DNA of 64,000 nucleotides, taken from assembly GCF_030144855.1 (NCBI RefSeq), contig NC_082712.1:10106001-10170000 (forward strand), given 5' to 3'. The translations under genes were made by a program, and so were the position numbers. Source of the stretch: Hypanus sabinus. Taxonomy: Eukaryota. Shown here in pieces: positions 12,040 to 22,099 of this stretch. Below the pieces are notes generated by a model. It worked only from the letters and a program-made list of their open reading frames with translations, was not told the DNA's origin and did not search any database. Position 1 is the stretch's first letter, and the number at the start of each line of letters is the position of its first letter.

Positions 12040-13660
12040 TTCAAAAATCATAGGAGCTAAGTAAATGCAACATATTGTTGACAGTAACAGATCGAGGCTG
12101 TAATTGAAGGTAGATAAGTCTCCTGGTCCTGATGGGATGCATCCCAGCGTGCTGAAGGAACGGTGGATATTATAGTAGATGCGTTGTTAATCATTTATCA
12201 AAACTCTCTAGACTCTGGGCAGGTCCCGGTGCAATGGAAGACAGCAAATGTCACGCCACTTTTTTCAAAAAAAAGGATGTAGGCAAAAGATGGGCAACTA
12301 TAGGCCGGTTAGTTTAACATCTGCAGTCGGAAAAATGCTTGAAGCTGTCATTAAGGAGGAAATAGCGAAACATTTCGAAAGGAGGAATTCCATTAGACAG
12401 ACGCAGCATGGATTCAGAAAGGGCAGGTCCTGTTTGACAAACTTACTGGAGTTCTTTGAGAATGTAATGAGTGCAGTGGATAGACCAGAACAGGTGGATG
12501 TCGAATACATGGATTTCCAGAAGGTGTTCCATAAGTTGCCGCACAAGAGACTGATAAATAAGATACGGATGCATGGAGTTAGAGGAAGTGTATTGACATG
12601 GATAGAGGATTGGTTAACCAGGCAGAGAGTTGGATTCAATGGGTGTGTCTCCAGTTGGCAGTCAGTGGTGAGTAGGATGCCACAGGGGTTGGTGCCGGTT
12701 CCGCAGCTGTTTACCATCTACATTGATGATTTGGAGAGGGGACTGAGTGTAACATAGCAAAATTTGATGATGACACTACACTGAGTGGAAAAACAAATTG
12801 TACAGAGGATGTGGAGAGTCTGCAGAGGGATATAAATAGTTTAAGTGAGTGGGCCAAGGTTTGGCAGATGGAATACAACGTTGGTAAATGTAAGATCATC
12901 CACTTTGAATAATAGAAGAATAATAATAATAATAATAATAGATTATTATTTCAACGGTGAAAGGTTGCAGCATGCTGTTGTGCAGAGCGACTTGGGAGTG
13001 CTTGTTCATGAATTTCAAAAAGTTGGCTTGCAGTCACAACAGGTTATTAAGAAGGCAGACGGAATGTTGGCCTTTTTTGCTAGAGGGTTTGAATTTGTGA
13101 ACAGGGAGGTCATGCCGCAACTATACAGGATACTGGTGAGGCTGCACCCGGAGTACTGTGTGCAGTTCTGGTCTCCATACTTGAGGAAGGATATACTGGC
13201 TTTGGATGCAGTGCAGAGGAGGTTCACTAGGTTGATTCCAGGGATGAAGGTGTTAATCTGTGAGGAGAGATTAAGTCGCCTGGGACTATACTCGCTGGAA
13301 TTCAGAAGAATGAGAGGTATCTTATAGAATCATACACAGTTTTGTGAGGGATATGTAAGATGGAGGTAGAAAAGTTGTTTCCATTGGTAGGTGAGACTAG
13401 AACGAGGGCAAATTGCGTCAAGGTTCAGGGGAGAAGGTTTAAAACGGAGATGAGGAGAAACTGTTTTTCCCAGAGAGTGGTGAATCTGTGGAATTCCCTG
13501 CCCAGGGAAGCAGTTGAGGCTACTTCACTAAATATATTTAAGAAACAGTTAGGCAGATTTTTTTTACATAGGAAGCGAATTAAGGGTTATGGGGGAAAGA
13601 CAGGTAGATGGAGTTGAGTTTACGGACAGATTAGCCATGATCTTATTGAATGGTGTGGCA
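12040..13660 (+). mobile_element. CR1 RT to 3' end, 5'-truncated, with internal (AAT)n
   Basis: NYRPVSLTS, QHGFRKGRSCLTNLLEFFE, EYCVQFWSPYLRKD, FSQRVVNLWNSLP motifs. Confidence 0.9.
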
Positions 13661-14208
13661 GGCTCGATTGGTTAGAGCTTTTTTTGGACCTTGGGTGGAA
13701 GCCAGAGCACCCGGAGGAAATCGATCCGCACATGGGAAGAGCGTACATACCTTCTAACTAAGGGCGCCAGGTACTCTAACCCTTTCCTCTAGTTCTGCCG
13801 AAGGCTCTGCCTGAAAAGCCGACTTGCACCTTTTTTCCACAGATGCCGCCTGGCCTGCTGAGTTCCTCCAGCATTTTGTGTGTGTTACTTTAATTTACAG
13901 CAGCTACAGGTTTTCTCTCGTTTGCTCCTACATATCCATACATTTGTCTATCATTTAGAGGCTATTTAGCGGGTACGTTTAATCCGAAAGATATCTCAAA
14001 ATGCTAAATAGTCCTCAAATTCTTCTGAAGGAGTCACTCTTCTGATGCAACGAGTATTTTCTGTGGTGCTCCCACAAACAGCAAACGACAAGTACTGACT
14101 GGGCCGCCTCAAGTGTTTGAGCCAGTTCCCAACGTCCACCGACTGTCTGAGTGAATCGGATTTCAGTCACGTCACGGCAAGAGCCTTCAGCATTAGTACA
14201 TACAGTAC

Positions 14209-14311
14209 CTGAGTTTGTCACAGTAGAGAACGGCGCCCATCACTAAAAGGGCGAGAGTTTTCAGTCCGAGTGGGATACACAACATCAGCACGGTTTCAGA
14301 AGCGTCTGTCC
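14209..14311 (-). CDS. Transmembrane exon of a SIGLEC15-like receptor with an intramembrane Lys
   Basis: Acceptor tctctcactttcacttcAG, phase-1 start; encodes (G)TDASETVLMLCIPLGLKTLALLVMGAVLYCDKL, resembling the SIGLEC15 TM pattern (ASTVALLLGALGFKALLLL, from memory). 3' end uncertain: GTACTG donor at 14208, GTATGT 5 nt further, or read-through RYCMY* ending at 14193. Confidence 0.8.
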
Positions 14312-14559
14312 CTGAAGTGAAAGTGAGAGACGTCAATCCAGACTCAGGCAAAAAGGAAGAGACCAACAATGTAGACTGATTAAAAGCTGCAGCTGTGCGG
14401 ACGAGTTTATCACTTAGCAGATTTATACTGAAGAAACTGCAGATGAAAACCGGTGTGTGAAGGAATAAGGAAAGGATATTAATAAGAATTTAGAGATCAG
14501 AGTAACAAAAGTTAAACGTTTGAACAAAAAGTTTTAACCCGTAGTAAGCCCATAGATCA

Positions 14560-15030
14560 TACAGTATAGGACCAGGTCTGCGGCATTCGGCCCAACGAGT
14601 CTTATCCGCCATACTATCATGTCCAATTTGTTATGCTTCTCAATCCCATTCTCCTGCCATCTCCCATAAAATTTGATGCCCTTTCCAGTCAAGAACCTCT
14701 CAACCTCCATTTAAAGACCAAGACTTGACATTCAGTCGTCTGTGGCAACAAATGCCACCTATTCACCATCGTCTGGCTGAAGAAATCCCCACCCCCAACT
14801 CTGTTCTAAAGGGATGTCGCTCTATCCTGAAGCTGGGCTCTCTGGTGCTGGACTCCCCCACGATATAAATCCTCTCTACATCCACTCCATCTCCGCCTTT
14901 CAATGTTCGGTAGGTTTCAACCAGATCATCCCCGGCCCATTCTGTAACCTCCGCGAGTACAATCCCCGAGCCAACGAACGTGTTCATACGATAACCCTTT
15001 CATTCCAGGAGTCATCCTCGAGAACATTCT
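14560..15030 (-). mobile_element. CR1 3' tail fragment
   Basis: LVETYRTLKG.DGVDVER and FRTELG peptides plus 3'UTR. Confidence 0.7.
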
Positions 15031-15412
15031 CTGGATATCTATAACGTATATAATAACATAAATGATCGTTGTGTAGTATTTTTACTCAACTATTCAAACA
15101 CTCTCTTATTTTTAAAACAAAATTGCATATCATTGTCTTTCTGGTTTATTGTGTACCCACCGATTTTCTCTGCTTTTCCATATTATCCCAGATGAACATC
15201 TGACAATTGCTTACTTAACTCTAGTGAAGGATCTTTACTCCATTATTAAATAAAAAGAAGGGTAATGTATTTCTCTTCTTCCAACTTCCAGCCGATTCTC
15301 TCAACTTCTCTGTATTCCACTGAATCTTTCTCTGCGCAGCCTCTGGAATGTCGTGAGATGCGTCTTCCCATTCCCTTCCTTCCTCCCTCATGCATCCGCA
15401 ATGGTTTCTTAC

Positions 15413-15802
15413 CTGGTCTGACCTGCAGCCGGATCTCTCTCTGGAACACATGGATAAATGGGGGTTTGACGTGGTCTCCATGGGATGAGTAATCATGATC
15501 GCCTTTCCTGTACTCAGCCAGACACAGGTAGCTGTGACTGTCCTCCGCACTCAGCTGCTTTATCCTGATCCAGGCATTTCCCAGCTCTGGGTCCCCGACG
15601 AACTCGTACCGCGTCACTCCGTTTTCCGCTGCCCACGATCCATTTCGAATACGCCTGAAGGTGACGATGTGTCGGTAGGGATCCTTCCTCATCCACGTCA
15701 CCGTGTGTGCGATGAGGTTCTGCCGAGGCTGTGTGAACACACAGGGTAACGTGGCCGAAGTTCCCTCGGTTCCAGTCATCACTGAGACACTCTCATTGGG
15801 AG
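15413..15802 (-). CDS. Intact Ig V-set exon (Siglec-15/CD300-like), lacking the F-strand Arg
   Basis: 390 nt, phase 1-1, acceptor tccttccctcAG, donor G|GTAAGA; LPCVFTQP...VTW...RYEFVGDPELGNAWIRIKQLSAEDSHSYLC; no stops. Confidence 0.9.
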
Positions 15803-16470
15803 CTGAGGGAAGGACAGCTGCCAGAATAAATCAGTTAACCACGACCAAACATGTTTAACCACTGAGAAAATTTCCAGTCTACAAAATAATAAATACTCCC
15901 CACAGCACCCTCCTGAATAAAAACACCACCCATCTGTGTCTCACTAATTGCAAACTATTCAAACAAGAGAAACTGTTTCGAATATAAAACAGTCCCATTG
16001 GGCAGGAGGTAGAGAAGCATAAATATCACACCACCACGTTCAGGAACAACTAATTCCGTTCAATCATTCAGTTGTTGAACCAATTGACAGCAACACAGAT
16101 CAATGGAGTGTAACAAGACCTATCAGTACAGTTTAGTAACACTAATCAGTACAGTGTATCAACACTAAGGCACTGCATTAAAGTGTTTTTCCTTTGGTAT
16201 AATTGCGTATTCTCCTGTAAAAAATGTAACGATTCTTGTAGTAATTTTTAATTTAAATTAATGAGTGAGAGTAAAAGATGCATTTTCACCTCTGAGTTCT
16301 CCTCACGAAGATAGCAGTCTGTTCCCTGTTTACTCTGCTGCACGCTCCATTCACTTTAAATAACGTGTTATTAACATACTTGTGGGAATATTTTGTTTTA
16401 TGAGCTGTGTGTGATATATGTTGCGTGAGTGCACCGTTATCCAGAGGAACATTGTTTCATTTGCTTGTAG

Positions 16471-17242
16471 TGTTACGTACCCCGTAACTGGGTCACATAC
16501 CAGCAAAGATAGAGAGGTCCGTTGAAGTCTGATGGTACTATTTTTAACGGTATTTATTGATAAAAATACACAAAAATAATATCAATACAAACATACAGAT
16601 AACATACGTCGTCAATACTAAATCTAAAAGCGCGGGTATAATAATAATCAATAAGAAATAGCCCTATCGTTGTCTAGGGGATAATGTATTGTCCGATGGA
16701 AATATAAAAGTCACCTTAGTTCATTCAAGCTGCAGCTTTTGGTTGGAGAGAGAGAGAGGAATTAAAACTTGCCCATTCCTTTCATGATGTCGATCCTTCG
16801 AGAGTCGTTGGGGCTGATTTCTCCTTTAGCTAAGCCGCCTTCCGTGGTAGGGCCTCAATCCCGGGGCAACGGGAAAGGACACACGTGGGCCCTCCACCGG
16901 CTATCGCTATTAAACACCGGCACGGAACTTCTAGCGTTTCTCCTGGTGCGTGTCAAGGGCTGTTCCCCAGATCCACTTTTATCCTGACTCACAGGGTCTC
17001 AGATGTCAATCAGGGCGGAATGATGCCATCCCCCAACCAGCCCACGTTGCCTGAGGGCTTCCATGAAGTACAGTATTCAACACACAATTCCGTCTCCAAG
17101 AGACAATGACCTGTTCCGTGGCTTTGTCTCGCTGGGGCCAGGATATTCCAAACGTCTTTCTCTCATTTCCTGGGTCTCCTGACCTGACTTAATAGCGATC
17201 TTGCGATTCTCAAAAAGGAGGGGGGGGGGCACAAGAGTAACA
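16471..17242 (-). mobile_element. Solo LTR (Gypsy-type)
   Basis: TGTTAC...GTAACA termini, 4-bp TSD GTAG (16467-16470 / 17243-17246); reverse complement of 54509-55307. Confidence 0.9.
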
Positions 17243-17319
17243 GTAGATATGTACAGTCACATGACAGATAACTTGAACTTCACTTGAATCTCCTGTGCTC
17301 CCTCTCCGGTGTCATAGTT

Positions 17320-20230
17320 ACAGTACTGAAAAAGTTCAACAACCTGAGCTGGTGTGTTGGAGAAGGAAATCTACAGCGAACCCTCTCCAGTGTAATACTT
17401 ACTGTACTGAAAGTGTTCAACAGCCCGAGCTGGTGTGTTTGACAGGGAATTCTACAGTGAACCCTCTCCAGTGTAATACTCACTGTACTGAAAGTGTTCA
17501 ACGTTCTGAGCTGGTGAGTTTGACAGGGAATTCTACAGTGATCCCTCTCCAGTGTATATGCTTACCGTGGAAGAAAATTTAACGCATTATTACTGATTAG
17601 GGACGACAGGGTTAAGCCATTTCTGCCACAACAGCAGGACTGTCTGTTCTTGGTAAACTGGCAACTAACTAAGCGTTGCTAAGTATAAGTAAATGAGTCG
17701 CGTGTTTGCTTGTACTTTAAAAAGGATGGAAATATCTTATTTCTCTTTGGAATCATTGTTCCGTAATCTGCCCAACGCTGCAGGCAGAGTACCATTTAAG
17801 CTGATTGGTGCTTCGGATTATCACCTAGAACATGCTGTGAAATTTCTTTATTCAATTTGTGTGATGAAGTGCTTCTTGTCACGTAGATTTTGACTATAAA
17901 ATATGAGTGTAATCTTTTTTTGGGCTGAGTCTCATAACTCCGCTTTTTAGGAGTCTGAGCTCTCCATGATATCGGGCTACAATGAAGGCTTTCTGAAGCA
18001 ACCTCCCTCCGGGTCCAAGTAATACTTTTCCGCGACATTTACCGTATTGAAAGTGTTCAACAGCCTGAGCTGGTGTGTTTGACAGGGAATTCTACAGTGA
18101 ACCCTCTCCAGTGTAATACTTACTGTACTGAAAGTGTTCAACAGCCTGAGCTGGTGTGTTTGACAGGGAATTCTACAGTGAACCTTCTCCTGTGTAATAC
18201 TTACTGCACTGAAAATGTTCAACTGTCATAAAGTGGGCATTGGGAGTGGACCCAAATGCAAGACACAGACACTGAACTACCAGGAACAAGACTAGGCGTG
18301 AGCAGGAAGCAAAGGAAGCGAGGAAGAAAGGATGCTGGACATGACAAAGGTCCCGGACGAGACAAGGAATCTGGGCCTGGGCTAGTACTTAATAAGGTTA
18401 GCGGAACCAGAACATAGAACTGGGAATTAGGAGCCTGGGATTGTGCTCCGAACCAGAGACTGGACAAGGACGCAGAACCTGGGTCTTGACTGGGGTTCGG
18501 ACTCCAAAACCAGGCAAAGACAAGATGGCTACAGGATGAGGAAAGGCACAGGATGGGACATGACATTACTGGACAGGACAAGGGAACCCAGGCACAGGAC
18601 GAGGGAATCCCAGCACCGGGCTGGGCAAGGTACCTCTGGGCTGGGCGAGCCTGGGTCGAGGGAGAACAGAAACATGGAACACCGAGCCGGGTCCCCTGCT
18701 TGGGGACAGGACTTTGGGCCGGGACTCATTACACAGAACGCTGAATACGATGAGACAGTTCCCAACGCTAGTTAGCAGCAAAACAGCCAGACCTACCTAG
18801 CGAAGGCGTGGACACAGACAGACAGTTCCAAACAGGGTGAGGCTCCAGATACAGGCAAGGCAAGGCTCCAGGCACGGGCAAGGCGATGCAAGGATCCAGG
18901 TAGGGGCAAGGCGAGGCCATTGTCCAGGAAGGGGCAAGGCGTGGCAGGGCCCCAGGCGTAGATTGCAATGCAGGGTTTCAGATGGAAGGAAGGGAAAAGT
19001 CCAGCCTCAGGGTAACAGCAAAGACAGCCTGACTTACCCCACGGAGGCGAGGACACGAGACCGACAGGACAAACCCACAGAGAGGCAAGGACATGATACT
19101 GACGAGACAAACCCCACAGAGGCAAGGACAGGATACTGACAAAACAAATCAGCAGCCAGCCTCGAACCCAGGGCCACTTATATTCACGGGCCCAAGAAGA
19201 GAATCAGGTGCCTATGATTCAAGACCAAATGAGACAAGTAAACGCCGAAAAACCTGGAGTCTGAGGTCCACGGACCGAACCGTGTGCCAAAACGCGGGTT
19301 TAAAGGACCGGACCATAACATCAACAGCCTGAGCTGATGTGTTTGACAGTGAAATCTACAGTGATCCCTCTCCAGTGAATATACTTACTGTGGGAAAAAA
19401 TTTAAAGCATAATTACTGATTAGGAACCACAGATTCAAGCCATTTCTGCCACGACAGCACGACTGTCTGTTCTTGATAAACTGACAACTAACTAAGCTTT
19501 GCTAAATATAAGTAATTGAGTCACATGTTTGCTTGTACTTTAAGAAGGATGGGGTATCATGTTTTTATTTGGAATTATTGTTCCGTAATCTGCCCAACGC
19601 TGCAGGCAGAGTAACATTTAAGCTGATTGGTGCTACGGGTTATCACCTAGAATATACTGTGAAATTTCTCTATTCAATTTGTATGATGAAGTGCTTCTTC
19701 TCATGTAGATTTTGACTATAAAAACTGAGTGTAATCATCTGTTGGGCTGAGTATCAGAACTCCACTTTTTAGGAGTCTGAGCTCTCCATGATATCGGGCT
19801 ACAATGAAGGATTTCTGAAGCAACCTCACTCCGGGTCCAAGTAATATTTTTCCGCAACACTTACCGTACTGAAAGTTGGTGTGTTTGACAGGGAATTCTA
19901 CAGTGAACCCTCTCCAGTGTAATACTTACTGTACTGAAAGTGTTCAACAGCCTGAGCTGGTGTGTTTGACACGGAATTCTACAGTGAACCCTCTCCAGTG
20001 TGATACTTACTGTACTGAAAGTGTTCAACAGCCTGAGCTGGTGTGTTTGACAGGGAATTCTACAGTGAACCCACTCCAGTGTAATACTTACTGTACTGAA
20101 ACTGTTCAACAGCCTGAGCTGGTGTGTTTGAGAAGGATTTCTACATTGAACACTCTCCATTGTAAATACTTACTGTACTGTAAGTGTCCAACAGCCGGAA
20201 CCCGTGTGTTTGACAAGGATTTCTACAGTA
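17320..20230. repeat. 81-bp tandem arrays interleaved with a duplicated ~480-bp spacer and split by an LTR
   Basis: Unit gaaagtgttcaacagcctgagctggtgtgtttgacagggaattctacagtgaaccctctccagtgtaatacttactgtact; period 18049 to 18130 = 81. Arrays at ~17320-17570, 18040-18223, 19321-19390, 19866-20230. Confidence 0.9.
18224..19320 (-). mobile_element. Solo LTR, 1097 bp
   Basis: TGTCAT...ATAACA termini, 5-bp TSD TCAAC (18219-18223 / 19321-19325) inside an 81-bp unit; orientation inferred. Confidence 0.85.
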
Positions 20231-20579
20231 TACCCTGCGTTATTCAAAGATAGGACAGGGAGCTGCTACTGGTCACCTGTGCTGAGAACTACATGCATTC
20301 TGAATTATACTTTATTAGTTATTTTTTTGGCGATTTATAGTGTTTTATGAGCTGTGTGTGACATAGGTTTTGTGAGTCCACCTAGATCCGGAAGAAGGTG
20401 GTTTCGTTTGGTTCTGTATCAGTGTACAGTCAGATGGCAATAAACTTGAACTTGATTGCTGCTTTTCTGATGCAACACTCTGTGTCTGTGTTGCTACGGC
20501 AACTGGGTTTTCACTGTACCTGTGCAGACACGCAGGCAGGCGTGCAATGAAAATCCAACCTGCAGCAGCAAGTAAGTTC

Positions 20580-21420
20580 AGTTCCACTCACCTCATTACA
20601 GGAAGGATGAGGAAGCTTTCGTGAGGATGTAGAGGAGATCTACCAGCATGCTGCCTGGACCAGAGAGGATGTTTAATGAGGAAAGGTTGAGCGAGCTGGA
20701 GACTTTCTCTTGGGAGTGAAGAAAGATGAGAGGTGACATTATAGAGATGAAGCAGATGATAAGAGGCATAATCAAGCAGACACCCAGAGATTTTTCCTGG
20801 GATGGAAATGGCTAATATAAAGGGGCTTCATTTTCAGTCGATTGGAAGAAAGTATAGGGGGATGTCAGAGGCTGGTTCATTACACGGTGTGTGGTGGGTG
20901 TTCGAACGCCTCGCCAGATTTGTGACCGAGGCAGGTACATTTAAAGACATTTTAGAGGCTCGCCCATTTCAAACAGGTCAATGGGTAGAGGCCACACTAA
21001 GAGTGTTCTGCATGCAGGTCGGTGACCACTAGTGGTCCGCAGGGATCTGTACCGTGTCCCCTCGTTCTTGTGATTTTTATAAGTGACCTGGAGGAGGTAG
21101 TAGAAGGGTGGGTTTGTGCTGAAGACTCAAAAGTTGGAGGTGTTGTGGATAGTCTGGAGGGTTGTCAGAGATTACAGCAGTACAACGATTAGATGCAGAA
21201 CTGGGCTGAGAAGTGGCAGATGGATTTTACCCTAGGTAAGTATGAAGTGGTTCATTTCGGTAGGTCAAATTTGTGGGAGGTGGAGAGAGAGATACACGGA
21301 TTTTGTAGAAATGGAGGGGTATGTGGAAAGCAAGGGCTAGATTGATCTTGGAGCAGGTTTAAGGGTCAGTACAACATTGTGGGCTCAAGTGCCTGTATGT
21401 TGCTTTTGTTCTATGTGCTG
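20580..21420 (+). mobile_element. CR1 fragments
   Basis: Decayed RT C-terminal and 3'UTR pieces. Confidence 0.65.
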
Positions 21421-21567
21421 TCGTTCTATGTGCACATGACAATTACATCTATTTGACATGATTTTCCTGCAAAATGTACTTGCAAATTATGAAACAAGTT
21501 TTCAGGGAGATAAATGTGAAATGATTAGTGTAGTTTTACAACTCAATGCTTAAACATCGGTCCTCAC

Positions 21568-21951
21568 CTCTCACAGACAGATTTGTTAGAACCCGTGTTT
21601 GAAAGTTGCCAACATTGAGCTCCACCCGGCACCGATACCGACCACCGTCACTCCGGTTCAGACGCTACACCATTATCGAGGCATCTCTCCGACTGAGGTT
21701 CCCCACGAATCCGAACCGCCCTCCTCCAGCCTCCTGTATCGTTGTATCGCACCAGGAGGGGCCGGAATCGGGATATGTGCAGTTATACAACGGTTTTGTA
21801 GCACCTGATTCCACCCTGTACCAGATCACGGAGCCGCTCAGGGCGACATCAGGAGGTGGGTGGGTGAAAGTACACGGTAATACAGCGGAGGCTCCTTCCA
21901 CCGCTGAGACCACATCAGCGCCGGAGATTGACCAACCATTTATCGAATAGT
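21568..21951 (-). pseudogene. SIGLEC15: SIGLEC15-like V-set exon with one in-frame TAG (paralogue or like; orthology not established)
   Basis: 384 nt, phase 1-1, acceptor (tc)n-ctgcAG, donor G|GTGAGG; WSISGADVVSAVEGASAVLPCTFTHP...IW...YNC...WC...GRFGFVGNLSRRDASIMV*RLNRSDGGRYRCRVE...LSVR. Motifs match SIGLEC15 V as recalled, including the extra Cys pair and the YxCR Arg. TAG at 21665-21667. Confidence 0.85.
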
Positions 21952-22099
21952 CTGCAGAGAGAGAGAGCGAGAGAGAGTGAGAGAGAGAATGAGTGGGAGG
22001 AGGAACAGGCAGTGGACGATAGTTGAACAACAAATCTGTGGGGGTAAAAGAACATTGAAGTTTTGGGCTTGCATCAGGACTGAGAGAGGACTGTTGAAT

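Noticed and set aside
17295-20253. 27-aa repeat ORFs, or a CRISPR-like array
   Set aside because: The 81-bp period is divisible by 3, so frames stay open on both strands. Units are head-to-tail with no unique spacers, there are no cas genes, and the DNA is eukaryotic.
20500-20620. Possible small exon(s) between the two V exons (ATGAG|GTGAGT and a 40-nt AG...GT block)
   Set aside because: The upstream part is CR1-derived, phases do not give a coherent leader or linker, and the peptide is uninformative.
15413-21951. V exons as rearranging Ig/TCR/NAR segments
   Set aside because: Both contain the G strand and end in ordinary splice donors; no heptamer/nonamer recombination signals were seen next to them.
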